Below the pieces are notes generated by a model that saw only the letters and a program-made list of their open reading frames with translations, did no database searches and was not told the DNA's origin. Shown here piece after piece: positions 10,029-22,666 of a stretch of 64,000 bases of DNA; the stretch's first letter is position 1; each line of letters starts with the position of its first letter. Position numbers and translations under genes: made by a program. The stretch comes from an uncultured Planctomycetota bacterium (GTDB lineage: Bacteria > Planctomycetota > Planctomycetia > Isosphaerales > Isosphaeraceae), in contig CAWGMQ010000010.1 in assembly GCA_963823665.1 (NCBI GenBank), forward strand, positions 128,001-192,000. The letters run 5' to 3'.

Positions 10029-13000
10029 TCACTCGGCTGCTGCGCCGGCGGTGACTCGTTCTGTGGCGACTGCGTCAGCCATCTTGCGCAGCGCACGCAA
10101 ATCGAGCTTTCCCGTGCCCAGGATCGGAATCGCGTCGATCTTGTAGAACTGGTCGCGCTTGGGCACAAACAGGTTGGGAAGATCCTTTGCGGCGAGCGCG
10201 TCGAACGCTTGTTCGACCTGCTTCTCGCCGGCCGTATGGAGGACGACGAGCCGCTCGCCTTTTCGTTCGTCGCCCACTGCGGATACGGCGAAAAGTTGCG
10301 TCGCCGCTGGGACGGCCTCATTCAAGATCTCCTCGATCAAGACATGCGGCACCATCTCGCCGCCGATCTTGGAAAATCGCGAGAGCCGCCCTGTGATCTT
10401 CAGAAAGCCGTCCTCGCTGAGCAAACCCTGGTCGCCGGTGATGTACCAGCCGTCTCGAAACGCCTCCTTCGTGAGGTCGTCGCGCCCCAGGTAGCCGCGC
10501 ATCACGTTGGGCCCCTTCAACAAGATGAGACCCTGCTCATCAGGGCCGAGGGTTTGCCCTGTGTCGTTCGAGACGATGTTCACGAGCACCCCGGGCAACG
10601 GCTGGCCGACATAACCGCGGCGAGAACCCGGTTGGAAGTAACGCGGCTCGCGCCAGTCGAATGTGTTCACGGCCACCACCGGCGAGCATTCGGTAAGGCC
10701 GTATCCTTCCATCGGCCGGATGCCGAATGCGTCCTCGAAAGAGAGCCCCAGCGATTCCGGCAGCTTCTCGGCCCCGACCAGGATCAGCCGCAGCGAGCCG
10801 AACTGGGCCGGCGTGCACCGGCGCTGGTAGAGCTGCAGGAATGTGGGCGTGGCCAGGAGCACCGTGCCGCGGAATCGCTCGACCAGCGAGCCAATCATCG
10901 CGGCGTCGAGCGGGCTGGGATGACAGATCATCCCCATCCCGGTACTGGCGGCAAACCAGAACATCGTGTAGCCGAACGAGTGAAAGAACGGCAGGATTCC
11001 CATCAAGCGATCGGTTGGAAGCACCCGGTAAACCTGGGAAATCGCCTCGATATTGGATCCGATGTTGAAATGAGAGAGTACAACGCCCTTGGGGTCGCCC
11101 GTGCTTCCGCTGCTGAAGATCACGGTCGCCGTATCGTCGAGCTCGCACTTCCGCTCCGCGCCGCAGCGCGCTCGAGCATCCGGATGGGCGCCACGAATCC
11201 CAGAAAGAGGCAGAGCAGACGTTCCAGGCGAGATATGCTCGGCTTCACGTCTTCGAGGAATACGAGCTCGAGCGCCCCGGGCGGTTCGATCTTTCCTTTC
11301 GCGAGGAACTCGCGGCTCGTGATCAGGATCTTGAGCCCGGCGATCGCGGCTGCGCGCTCCATGCCGGCTCGGCCGGTCGTGAAGTTCAGGTTTACGGTGG
11401 TCTTGCCCGCGAGCGAAGCAGCCAGGTTCGCCAGCGCCCCTCCGGCGCTCGCCGGCAGCAGGATGCCGATGCTCGTTTGTCCCCGCCAGCGCGATTTGAG
11501 GGCGCGAGCGATCGCCACCGCGCCGGCAAGCGACCTGATGAACGAAAGCGGAGGCGTTGCCGCATCGACGAGCGCCAGACGAAGCGGGTGCCGTCGCGCC
11601 TGGTGAACGAAGCCGTGATGAAGCGGACGCAGGTCCTCCTTCCGGAAAGCCCAGGCTTCCTGGTCGAGCCGGCGGATCGCCTGGCGCATGTCGAAGAGGG
11701 AAGCGTCGGGGGCCAGGGCCGGCCCGAACGAGATCGTCATGGGGTAGGGCAGGCGCGCCGGCACTCGCCTCGGGTTGACCGGGCTGAACACGCTGCGGTT
11801 CAGCCGGTCGAGGTGCACCGGGATGATCGGCGTGGTGCGCCCCTTCACGATCCGCTGCAGTCCGCGCTGAAATGGAGCCATCAAGCCGGTGCGGGTAAGC
11901 TGGCCTTCGGGAAAAATGCAGACGATGTCACCTGCGTCAAGGGCTTTGCCTGCTTCACGAAAGGCCTGCAAGATCATCTTCGGGCCCGCCGCTCGAGGTG
12001 ATCGGAATCGCTTTCATCGATCGCAAGACCCAGCCGATGAAGAACCTGTCGAAGTATTCATTGTAGACCATGAAGCGCACGGGCCGGTCGATCGTGGTGA
12101 TGATGAAGAGCCCGTCGGCGAACGTCACGTGATTGGGGATCAGAAGGGCGCCCCCCGAGGCCGGCACGTTCGACCGGCCCACCACTCGCACGCGATAGAC
12201 TGTATGTGCCAGCCCGACCATGAGGAATCGCAGAAACGCCTGGGGCACAAGGGTGAGCGACCAGAGAAAACCGAGGCCCAGAACGACCGACGTTCCGCGA
12301 AACGTTCCGCGGGCACCGATGCCGCGGTCTCCCAGAGCCAGCGCCAGCACCGAACCGGTCAGCATGCCGGCGTAAACAAGGGCATTCGTAACCGCGAGGA
12401 TCGCGCCTCGCCGGTCGGGCGGCGATCGCCACTGAATGATCGCGTTGAGCGGCACGATCAAGAATCCGCTGAAGAGGCCCAGGAGCGCCAGCACGATGAC
12501 GGTGCCGAGTATGTTCGGGCCGATCAAGGCGAAAGCGAGCGTGGTCACAAAGAGCCCCAGCGCGCCGAACGGGAGCAGCCCGTATTCCACCGTTGCACCG
12601 GAGATCTTGCCGGCGAGCAGGCAGCCGATTCCGACACCGATGCCCATCGCGGCCAGAGGAAGGCTCACCTGCCAGTCGCGCAGTCCCAGTTGCGCGGCGT
12701 CATAGGCCATGATCGGTGGGGGAACCAGCGTGCCGATCGTCCAGACGAAGATCTGTCCCAGCAAGGCCAGACCGAGCACGCGGTCCGCCCTGATCGAGCT
12801 CCAGGCGATTCGAATGGTGGCGACCAGCCCACCTTCCGAGCGGGCCGGCGAAAGCAACGGAATCTTGAGTGCCGCGAGCAACCCCATCGTCGAAAACACC
12901 GCAAGCAAGAGGGGTGCCAGGAAGAGATGCCCGCGAACTCCGTTGTAAATGAATCCGCCGCAGACAAGCCCGCCCAGCAGCGTCAAGTTCGAGACCGTCT

Positions 13001-13472
13001 CCAGCAGCCCGTTCCCTTCAGAGAGATCCTCGTGGGGCAAAAGCTCGGGCAGGATCCCGTATTTCGCGGGCATGAAAAGCGCTGTCTGTACGCCGACCAG
13101 GAAAAGGACCGTCATCGCCGGCCAGCCGCCGCTCGGGTGCAGATAGAGCGCCGCCGCTCCTGTGAGCATCAGCACCAGCTCGAACACTTTCATGGCGACG
13201 ATGACCGTCCGCTTGCTCACACGATCAGCCAGCACGCCGGCCGGCAGCGAAATGAGAGGCAGCGGAAGCATGAGCGCGATCTGTGCCAGCGCCGTCATCC
13301 TGATCTTGGCGGCTTCTTCGACCACCGCGGCCATCGCCAGGATCGTCACAACCTGCTTGAGCGCCTGGTCGTTGAACTGGCCAAAGGCCTGGGCCAGCAG
13401 AAGGCCTTGCAGCTTGCGCCAGATCTTGCGGTATCCCTCGGCTTCATGCGTCTGGGTCCCATTGCCGTCCAT
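10029..13472 (-). CDS. aas: Acyl-[ACP]-phospholipid O-acyltransferase, MFS-PlsC-AMP-binding fusion (two apparent frameshifts, ~11970 and ~11150)
   Basis: MFS helices, NHVTFADG and FPEG acyltransferase motifs, and FSSGSTGDPKG, EGYGLTE and TGD adenylation motifs in three consecutive ORFs. Confidence 0.85.
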
Positions 13473-13725
13473 ATCCGCTGTCCTCTCTCAGGCGACGAGA
13501 ACCGGCCCGTGGCTCTCGCCCGGTTTGCGCAGCTCAAGATTGTAATGAGAAGTTCATGGCGATTTCGAATGAGTTTGAGCCACGGTCCGGCTAACTTCAC
13601 TGGAAGTGGGTCCGCAACGAGCGATTGTTCTACCCGCCCCGAGTGTTCTTTCCAAGCGCGATGTCACCGACTAAACTTGGCGATTACTGAACTCTCGCCA
13701 TGAATCCGTTGAAAGAGGTGGATAG

Positions 13726-15297
13726 ATGGGTGCTACGCTCGAGAGCCCGAGGGCCGTTGTCCTGCGCTTCGACGACACAGTGGCCGTCGCTGCGCGGCCG
13801 CTGCCGCGCGGCTTCCTGCTCGCCTCCGGCGGCCAGACGGTCGAGATCCGTGAGCCGATCGGGCTGGGCCACAAGGTCGCCCTGGCCGACATCGCTCCCG
13901 GTGAACCGGTGCGGAAATACGGGCAGATCATCGGATTCGCCTCCAAGGCGATCCCCGCCGGCTCGCTCGTCCACGTGCACAACCTGAAGGCCGACCTGTT
14001 CGAGCGCGATTATGCCTTTGCCACGGAGACACCCGCACCCGCCGCGGCCGGGGAGCCAAGGACCTTCCGCGGCTACCTCCGGCCCGATGGCCGGGTCGGC
14101 ACGCGAAACTACATCGCGGTGATCAGCACCGTCAACTGCTCGGCAAGCACCTCGCGATACGTCGCCGATCGGTTCCGCGACAACCTCTGGCGCAAGGATT
14201 TCCCCAACGTCGACGGCGTGTTCGCCATCACCCATAAAGGCGGCTGCGGCCTTCCCTTCGAAGGGCCGGACCACAACATCCTCGAACGTGTCCTGGCCGG
14301 ATTTGCCAATCATCCCAACGTCGCGGCGTATGTGCTCGTGGGCCTTGGCTGCGAAGTCAGCTTCGCGCAGCACCTGGTCGACGCGCAGGACCTGGTCACG
14401 CTCGGACCATCACGCGGAAACGGTCATCAGAAACCGGGCCCCAGGCCGCGGATGCTCAACATCCAGGAGGAAGGAGGTATCACGCGGACGGTCGAAGCGG
14501 CCGTTCGCGCCGTTCTTGACCTGCTGCCCGAGGCCAATTCGTGGAAGCGGACGGAGCAGCCCGCGGCCAGGATCTGCCTGGCCATGGAGTGCGGCGGGTC
14601 CGACGGCAACTCCGGCGTCACGGCCAACCCGGCCCTGGGAGTCGCCGCCGACTTGCTCGTCGCCCAGGGAGGCTCGGCCGTGCTCGGCGAGACTACCGAG
14701 ATCTACGGCGCCGAGCACTTGCTCACCCGCCGGGCCGTTTCGCGTGAGGTCGGCCAGAAGCTTGTCGATCGCATCAAGTGGTGGGAGTGGTACACCGGAA
14801 TCTTCGGCGCGCAAATCGACAACAACCCTTCACCCGGCAACAAGGCCGGCGGCCTGACCACGATCTACGAAAAGTCGCTGGGAGCTCTCGCCAAGGCCGG
14901 TTCGACCGCCCTGGTCGACGTCGTTCCCTACGCGGCCAAGGTTGACGGACCAGGGCTGATTTTCATGGACACGCCCGGCTACGACCCGCCGTGCACCACC
15001 GGGCTGATCGCCGGCGGGGCCAATGTGCTGGTCTTCACAACCGGTCGAGGAAGCGTTCTGGGCCTGAAGCCGACCCCTTGCATCAAGCTCGCAACCAATA
15101 CGCCGATGTACGAGCGGATGATCGCCGACATGGACATGGACGCCGGTCCGATCCTGGAAGGCGAACCCGTTGACGCCGTCGGGCGCCGGCTCTTCGAGAT
15201 GATTCTCGACGTGGCCAGTGGCGAGCCTACCAAGAGCGAACAGCAAGGTGTCGGCGAGGAGGAGTTCGCGCCTTGGACCATCGGGCCGACACTGTGA
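13726..15297 (+). CDS. uxaA: Altronate/galactarate dehydratase family protein (SAF + GD_AH)
   Basis: GHKVAL..VRKYGQIIG..HVHN, GRVGTRN, CGGSD and NPSPGNKAGG motifs. Confidence 0.88.
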   Translation: MGATLESPRAVVLRFDDTVAVAARPLPRGFLLASGGQTVEIREPIGLGHKVALADIAPGEPVRKYGQIIGFASKAIPAGSLVHVHNLKADLFERDYAFATETPAPAAAGEPRTFRGYLRPDGRVGTRNYIAVISTVNCSASTSRYVADRFRDNLWRKDFPNVDGVFAITHKGGCGLPFEGPDHNILERVLAGFANHPNVAAYVLVGLGCEVSFAQHLVDAQDLVTLGPSRGNGHQKPGPRPRMLNIQEEGGITRTVEAAVRAVLDLLPEANSWKRTEQPAARICLAMECGGSDGNSGVTANPALGVAADLLVAQGGSAVLGETTEIYGAEHLLTRRAVSREVGQKLVDRIKWWEWYTGIFGAQIDNNPSPGNKAGGLTTIYEKSLGALAKAGSTALVDVVPYAAKVDGPGLIFMDTPGYDPPCTTGLIAGGANVLVFTTGRGSVLGLKPTPCIKLATNTPMYERMIADMDMDAGPILEGEPVDAVGRRLFEMILDVASGEPTKSEQQGVGEEEFAPWTIGPTL

Positions 15298-17570
15298 CGA
15301 CGATCGCCCCGCTTCGCGAGGCCGCCGGTCGGGCATCCGCGCCAACGGCCTTCTGGCGCATGATCGCCGGAATGATTTTCCTGGCGATCGTCGAGCTCTT
15401 GTGGTTGGCATGGTTCTTGATCGAGCCCTTGCCCAATGTCAACAACACCGGCGTGGCAACCCCGTCGCCGTGCGCAGAGGCTTGCTCGTGCTCAAAGCGC
15501 TTCCCGAAGTCGTCCCGGGCACGTCGTTCCGCGAGTCGATCCTGGGAAACGCCCTCGTCGAGCTCTCCCACCTGGAAAACCTGTCCCAGCGAGTGCCGAT
15601 TCTCATGGCGGCTCTCCTGATTGCCGCAGCAGCGATCGGCCTGGGCGACCTGGTGCTGCGCTTGCTCAGGCTCGAGCCTGGAATCTCCCTGTCCCGAGCG
15701 CGTCGCCCTCGACTATGGCCTGGGAGCCGGGCTGCTCGGCGTGCTCACGCTCGTTGCAGGAAGGATGGGGTGGCTGAATCCCTGGCTGGTGCGCAGGGCT
15801 CGCCGCACTTGCCGCCGCGGGGCTCTCGACGTCTCGGATCTGGACAGCGCCCAGAGGCAAAGTCGACTCGTCGTTGTGGTGGAAAACGCTTCTGTTCGGT
15901 CCGTTCGTGCTGCTGCTGATCCTGGCCTCGATGCTACCTTCAATCGACTTCGATGTGCTCGAATACCACCTGCAAGGGCCCAAGGAGTATTTCCACTCCG
16001 GCCGGATCAGCTATCTGCCTCACAATGTTTATACGAATATGCCGTTCAATGTTGAGATGTTGCACTTGCTGGCGATGGAGGTGATGGGCGACTGGTGGTG
16101 GGGCGGACTCTCCGGACAGCTCCTGGTCGCGCTCTTCGGTCCGGCAGCGGCCGTGTTGATCGCGGGCGCGGCCGGCAAGCTGGCATCGCCGCGCGCGGCC
16201 TGGCTTGCGGCGCTGATCTATCTCTCGACACCGTGGGTGTATCGCATGGCGGCGATCGCTTACGTCGAAGGGCCGCTCTGCTTCTATCACGCGGCGCTCG
16301 ATCTGGGTGTTGATCGAGGGCAGGGGGGTGATGGCTGCGAAGCCTCTGCGAGCGTGGGGTTTGCTGGGGTTGCTCGCCGGCTGTGCGATGGGCTGCAAGT
16401 ACACGGGATTGGTATCGGCGGTCATTCCTTTCGGGCTGCTCGCCCTCGTGGACGCCGTCCGGCGACGGTCCGTCGCTCTGGTGGGATATTACGTGCTCGG
16501 CTGGGTGGTCATCATGACGCCCTGGCTGGCCAAAAACGTGCTCGACACCAGGAACCCGGTTTATCCGCTCGAGTGCCGAGTCTTCCCCAGTCCGGACTGG
16601 GATGCCGACCGCGAGACACGATGGCAAGCGGTGCATGGCCCGCGCCCGACTCGATCTCCGCGAGCTGAAAAGCTCGATGGCCGACTTCCGGCACCGCCGA
16701 AAGCTGCAGCCCGACTCATTCAAGGTGGTGCGTCAATTCTGGAGCTCGCTGGTTGACGTCGCGGGTCGCTCGGACTGGCAGTCGCCGCTTTACCTCGCGC
16801 TGGCGCCCCTCGCACTACTTCGCCCCGGCTCGCGACGCCCGGCACGCCTCCTCTGGTTGTTCGTGGCTTACCTATTCTTGACGTGGTGGTTTGCCACCCA
16901 CCGGCTCGATCGATTCTGGCTGCCGATCCTTCCCGCACTGGCGATTCTCGCTGGCTTGGGTGCGGATTGGAGCCGCACCCGAGCGTGGTCAGTCGTGCTC
17001 GTCGCTCGTCGTGACACTCGGCCTGTTCACGAACCTGACCTACATCACGACGGCGCTGCCGGGCTTGAACGAGTGGACCGGCGACCTGGTCCGCCTCCGG
17101 CGCGAAGTCCCCCGGAGCTGGAATCCGCCGCTGGCGCGCTTGGATGCCGAGCTTTCGCCGGGCGCCAGACCTCTTCTGGTCGGTCAGGCCGCCGTGTTCC
17201 ACCTCGACCACGACGTTGTCTATAACACGGTATTCAACCCCGAAATGATCGAGCAGCTCGCCAAGGGAAAGACGCCGGCCGAGTTCCGGCGCGCCCTCGA
17301 AGAGCGAAATGTGACCCACGTTTACGTCGATTGGAAAGAAATCAGCCCGGCATCGCGAGCCCGGTGGATATGGCTTCACCGACTTTGTCGTTCCCGGCCG
17401 GTTCACCGCCTGGGTTGCCGCCGGCGTGCTCGCACCTGCCGAGCAAGATGGGGCCCGACCAGGAGCTCTACAAAGTTCGCTCAGCCGGTAGACTTCGACC
17501 AACTGCTCCAGAATCAGGACAGAAGGTCGATCGAGGGCGCGTCTCGCGGGGCGATTCATGGACGGATTGA
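15294..17570 (+). CDS. Polytopic membrane protein, GT-C/ArnT-like (several frameshifts)
   Basis: Hydrophobic segments across successive frames, with DFDVLEYHL, CKYTG, KN..TRNPVYP and THRLDRFWLP motifs. Confidence 0.6.
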
Positions 17571-18646
17571 CAGTCGTGACCGGAGGTGCCGGATTCATCG
17601 GTAGCCATCTGGTGACCGAGCTGGTTGATTCCGGCCAGCAGGTGCGCGTGATTGAGAAGCCCGGCGCGGCCGTTGATCATCTGCCCGAGCGGCGTGGAGG
17701 TTCGTCTTTGCGGACATTCGCGATCGCGGCGTCGCTCGCCGGGGCGTTTGACGGAGCGCATTGGGTTTTTCATCTGGCGGCGAATCCCAACCTCTGGGTG
17801 CGCGATCGCAGCGAATTCGACGCGGTCAATCACCAGGGCACGATCAACGTGCTCGATAGGGCGCTTGCCTCGGGCGCCCGAAGCGTGCTCCACACCAGCA
17901 CCGAGAGCATTCTCACCAGGCCCGAAGCAAGCGGGACCAATCGATGAAAATGTTGAAATTCGAATTGAGTGACGCGGTCGGGCCATACTGCCTTTCCAAG
18001 CTCCAGGCCGAGAATTATGCCATGGCCTTGGCCGGGCAAGGGTCGTCCGGTTTTGGTCGCCAACCCCACGATGCCCGTGGGTCCGGGCGATCTGAATCTC
18101 TCGCCGCCGACCCGGCTCGTACTGGATTTCTGTCGGGGAAATCTCCCGGCGATCATGAAATGCACGTTGAATTTGATTGATGTGCGAGACTTGGCGCACG
18201 GCCTTATTCTGGTGATGCGGCGTGGGCGTCCCGGGCGACGGTATATCCTGGGAAACCAGAATCTGACGCTCGAGTCCTTGCTCGAGATTTTGAGCGAGCT
18301 CTCGGGCATGCCGGTGCCCACCCGGCGGGTTCCCTACACTCTGGCACTGTCGTACGCCTGGCTCTCGGAGCTATGGGCCGACCGGGTGACCGGCGTGCCG
18401 CCAAAGGCGACAGTAACGGGTGTGCGGCTTGGTCGGCGAATCATGCATTTCGACACGGCACACACCGACCGCGAGCTGTCCTTTCGAAAGCGTCCGATCC
18501 GGGAGTCGCTCGCCGAGTTGATCGACTGGCTGGACCTGCGAGGGCTCTTCCCTGTCACGTCTCGGACAGGACAACGTAAGGGGAGAACGATTCTCGGAAA
18601 TCACCAATCTTCACCGTCCGGAGAGGCGCTGCTGGCATTTCGGTAG
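17558..18646 (+). CDS. NAD-dependent epimerase/dehydratase, HpnA-like (frameshifted)
   Basis: VTGGAGFIG, FHLAA, YCLSK (YxxxK) and ANPTMPVGPGD motifs. Confidence 0.8.
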
Positions 18647-19149
18647 CGCGGTTGTGTTAAGGTTCGGACATTTCCCAAATTTGGCGGGCTTCAAATCTGA
18701 AAAGCAATTCCCTGACGAGGTGCATCGATTTTCTTCCGCGAGACCTGCTTTTTCGTTCGGCAATGCATGATAGTTGTTGATCCTTATTTGGCATGACTGC
18801 AATGAATGTCGATCGCGAGTGTCGTGCTGTTCGACTCTTTCGTGCCGAGCATGCGGGAGATAAAAGAGGTTGCGGCAAAGAATCCGAGAAATTCGGTATC
18901 CTTCCCGGATTTCCCAACTTATATTAGTAGAGGGCCTTCGACGAGATCGGGAGTGGGTCTGGGGTGATCCAAAGGAAAGGTGGATCAGCACAAACGTCGA
19001 GCGAAGGAAGCCGCGGCAGAGGATCGGAGCGATTTGGCGATTTCGTGCTAGCGGATGGGAATGGAGTTGATCTATAATAGCAATTTAGCTTCTGGTTGAC
19101 GAACGAGGATGGTGTCGCCGCCGAGGCTCGTGCCGGAGGATGATAGTCG

Positions 19150-19845
19150 ATGCCCGTCAGACTGGTGGCCCTTGATGAAGGTCCAGACATTGTGTTGGAC
19201 CGCGCCATGGTGGTCGTGGGCCGGCATCCTTCGTGCGATACACGTCTCGACTCATTGCGTGTTTCGCGTCAACACTGCTGCATGAGCCAGGATAAGGGCG
19301 AAGTCACCGTGCGTGACTTGGGCAGCACCAACGGCATCAGGATCAACGGGCAGAGGGTCGAGCGCGGACGGTTGCGTCCCGGCGACGAGCTTTCGATCGC
19401 GCACATTCGTTTTCGTCTCGAAAATGGTCAGGGGCACGAGCAGACAATCGTCGAATCGGATGGAATATTGGGCGGACCCCCTCAGCCCAAGGAAGGTCCT
19501 TCGAAGCCTCCGGTCGCCTCAGCGTCGCCCCTTGAGATCAGCCCGGAGTGCGATCCCTCTCCGTTCGAAGTGGGAGGAGAAAACGCATTCGCGGCCGCCG
19601 TGCGCAAGCTGCTCCCCAACGGCGTCGCTGATAAGTGCCGGATTCAGGTCATCGTCCAGATGCCCGGCGAGGGAAAGCCACAAGTCGGAGAGAGCCTGAA
19701 CCGCTCGTCGCATCTCACGCCTCGGAGAATGCGGGCGAATGTCATTCCGCATCGTCCCACTCGTGAAGGGAACGGCCCCGGCGATCGCACTTTACCGGCC
19801 CGTGCTCTTGATTGGCCGGCACCTCGAGTGCGACGTTCGCCTTGA
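19150..19845 (+). CDS. FHA domain protein (3' end uncertain)
   Basis: VGR..VSRQHC..DLGSTNG FHA motifs. GGAGG RBS. Confidence 0.85.
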   Translation: MPVRLVALDEGPDIVLDRAMVVVGRHPSCDTRLDSLRVSRQHCCMSQDKGEVTVRDLGSTNGIRINGQRVERGRLRPGDELSIAHIRFRLENGQGHEQTIVESDGILGGPPQPKEGPSKPPVASASPLEISPECDPSPFEVGGENAFAAAVRKLLPNGVADKCRIQVIVQMPGEGKPQVGESLNRSSHLTPRRMRANVIPHRPTREGNGPGDRTLPARALDWPAPRVRRSP

Positions 19846-20179
19846 TTCACCCAAGGTCTCCCGTCGCCACTGCTGTGTCGCAACCGCCTATGATCGAGTG
19901 TTGATTCGCGATCTCGGCAGCCGCAACGGCGTGCGCGTCAATGGCCGCCTGCTCGACGAATCTCGGCTGCTGCCGGGAGACGAGCTGGCGATCGGCCCGA
20001 TCTTGTTCCGCCTGGAACAAGAGGAGGAGAGCCGCGCCCGGCCCCGGCCCTGCCGGCACCGCCGCCTTCGGTGCCGCGCCACGCCGGTTGCACAGAGACC
20101 GCCCGCAGTGCACCGGCAGCCTCCATCGCACCGGAGCGCCGACTCGGACGTCGATCTCGTGCCCATCGACGACATTTGA
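19739..20179 (+). CDS. FHA domain protein
   Basis: IGR..VSRRHC..DLGSRNG motifs. Confidence 0.85.
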   Translation: MSFRIVPLVKGTAPAIALYRPVLLIGRHLECDVRLDSPKVSRRHCCVATAYDRVLIRDLGSRNGVRVNGRLLDESRLLPGDELAIGPILFRLEQEEESRARPRPCRHRRLRCRATPVAQRPPAVHRQPPSHRSADSDVDLVPIDDI

Positions 20180-20427
20180 AAATTCGAGCTCTGGGTTGAC
20201 TTCGCAACTTACAATGTTTCGTGGTCTTCGTTCGATTGGTCCGATGGCTGCCTCTGAATTCGCAGGATTCGCTCCCGGAGGCGGCTCTTATCGTACGATG
20301 CACCGCGAGTTGTATGATATAGAGTTTGTAGGTCGTTGCCGAGACAGCGACGCGTGGCTTCACTGACTAGGCTTCTGACGACACTGACGCCGGCCGACGC
20401 ATTTGCTCAGCCGCCAGGAGGTTCACG

Positions 20428-21533
20428 ATGCTCCGATGGATCCGAGTTCCACTGGGATTGGTCTTGATCCTCTCGGTCTCGGGAGGATACTGCCCGCGCT
20501 CAATACGGGTGGGGCTGGGGTGGCTGGGGTGGCTGGGGCGAAACCCCGCAGGGCTCGATCGCCCGGGGGCTGGGTGCCCTGTACGCCGGCGCCGGAATGT
20601 ACAACGAGCAGACGGCCGTCGCCCGCAGTATCAACGAGGATACCTGGCAGCGATGGAACCAGTATCTCTACCTTTCCAACGAAGAGGCGACCCGCAAATA
20701 TCTCGCCAAGAAGTACTTCGACATTCAGAACAACAAGAACGCATACAACTCGATCATGAAGCGGCTCCAAGATAACCCCACCTCCCGTGACGTCGACGAC
20801 GGCGACGCTCTGAACGCCGCGCTCGACCAGTTGAGCGATCCTCGCATCCAGAGCTCGTCGCTCAAAGCGGCTTCGACCCCCATTCCGGCGAAGATTATCG
20901 CCGATATTCCGTTCCGATATGCGTCCGAAGCCGTCACCATCATCATGACCAACCTGAAAGGGGCCAAGCAATGGCCGCCCGCGTTGGAAATCGGCCGTTT
21001 CGCTGAGGACAAGAAAGAGTTCGAGGAGGTCGCCGAACAGTGCCGGAAAGAGGATGAAGACGGCGAGCATCTCCCCGCAGACGATCAAGCGGGCAAAGGA
21101 CTTGGTCGCGCGCATCCGCGGAAAGCTCGCACAAGACCCGCTCCCGGATCCCAGGGACAACAATGCCGCTGAGCGGTTCGTGAAGACTCTTGCGGGATTG
21201 GTGAAGCTGCTCGAGAAGCCCGATACTCGGGAAGTGCTCGATCAGTTGCGAAAGGCTCCTCCCAATACGACCGTCGGCAATTTGATCGGTTTCATGCACG
21301 TCTACAACCTGCGCTTCGCCGCCGCGACCACTCCGAGTCAAAAAATGATCTATGAACAGCTCTATCCGTTGCTTGACCAGGCGCGCGACAAAGTCGTGAA
21401 GGCCATCGACGAGAGTGTCGCCGTCGAGGGAGACCCCAAGCACGTCGGCGACTACTTCAGCAAGATGAATCCCGACGACTTCGAGGGCAAGCCCAAGAAA
21501 GACGCACCCAAACCGCCCGAACCGAAAGAGTGA
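20428..21533 (+). CDS. Secreted hypothetical protein (frameshifted)
   Basis: AGGAGG RBS, signal-peptide-like start, and a helical protein continuing through ORFs 20597 and 21054. Confidence 0.65.
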
Positions 21534-21829
21534 GCGGCCCGGCCCCTCGCCGCCCACACGTTGACCACAGGGACGAGCACCCCATGCCAAAACGGGTGCC
21601 CGTCCCTCTCATTTTCAGGGATGGTTCAATCGCGCCCCAGTTCGGGTAACACGTTGCGCAGTCGTCCTGGCGACTACACTAGCCCGAAGCGTAAGCGAGG
21701 GATTCGGTCAGTCTCGGTCCCGCTTCACGCTACCTCGCCGGCGGTGTCTCCCGCAACTGAACCAGGCCCTTTTTCATCCACGCGACCTATAGGACGGAGC
21801 CAGCGTCTTCCGACTCTCACCTCGAAAGC

Positions 21830-22666
21830 CTAACCACTCGCGGGCAGATCGCGCACCGCGAAGGCCGCGAACGCCGCCAGGATGCAGGTCGTGCCGACTC
21901 CCGCCAGGATCGCCAGATGAAGCTGATACGTGTCGCCGCCGCTCACGGCTTGAACCGGGTTGTAGGCCTTGAAGATCGACATCTTCTCGACGTAGGGCTC
22001 CCAGTTCTGTGACTGTAGCACCGGGATCAAGGAAATGATCAGCCCGATGTAGCCCAGGAGCGTCAGCACACTCCCCACCAGTGTGGCCCTCCAGCGCACC
22101 TGGTCGAGTGCCGAAGCCAGCAGCGTATATCCGTAGATCGGCAGGCCCAGGACGGCCAGATTGATCGCCGGGTACAGCATTTCCAATGTGGCCGGCCGCA
22201 CACGCAGCACGTTGTAGTGCACCGCGACTGCGGCCCCGGCCATGAGCGCACCAGCCAGGAGCACCAGCCCGGTCACACTCACGATCACGCCGGAGGCCAG
22301 ATACGCCCAGCGCGAGATCGGACGCGACAAGAGCAGATCCATCGTCCCTCGCTCCACCTCTGCGGCAACCGCGGCTGATCTACGACCGACCGCCCAGATC
22401 GAGAGAAGCAGAATGATGAACGGATGGCTCCACGAAGCCATGATCAGTGAGATGGAGGCCGGCTGCTCGCCGATACCCATCATCCGCAGCATCCCGATTC
22501 GCCCTTGCTCGGAATCGTCTCCCAATCGCTTGACGATCTCGGCCTCGTTCAGCGACGTCACCCAGACGAACAACCACCCCAGCCCGAAAAGGACCGCGGC
22601 CGAAAGCCCAAGCGTCCATCGCGATTCGTGAATCTGCTTGCGAAGCAGTGCCAGGAACGGTCTCAT
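21830..22666 (-). CDS. ABC-2 type transporter permease
   Basis: EVERGTMDLLLSRPISR motif and multiple TM helices. Confidence 0.85.
   Translation of the reverse strand: MRPFLALLRKQIHESRWTLGLSAAVLFGLGWLFVWVTSLNEAEIVKRLGDDSEQGRIGMLRMMGIGEQPASISLIMASWSHPFIILLLSIWAVGRRSAAVAAEVERGTMDLLLSRPISRWAYLASGVIVSVTGLVLLAGALMAGAAVAVHYNVLRVRPATLEMLYPAINLAVLGLPIYGYTLLASALDQVRWRATLVGSVLTLLGYIGLIISLIPVLQSQNWEPYVEKMSIFKAYNPVQAVSGGDTYQLHLAILAGVGTTCILAAFAAFAVRDLPASG

Noticed and set aside
9891..13703. Long plus-strand ORFs (571 and 604 aa), and similar ones opposite the secretin and pilM
   Set aside because: Antisense shadows of real GC-rich genes with no motifs.
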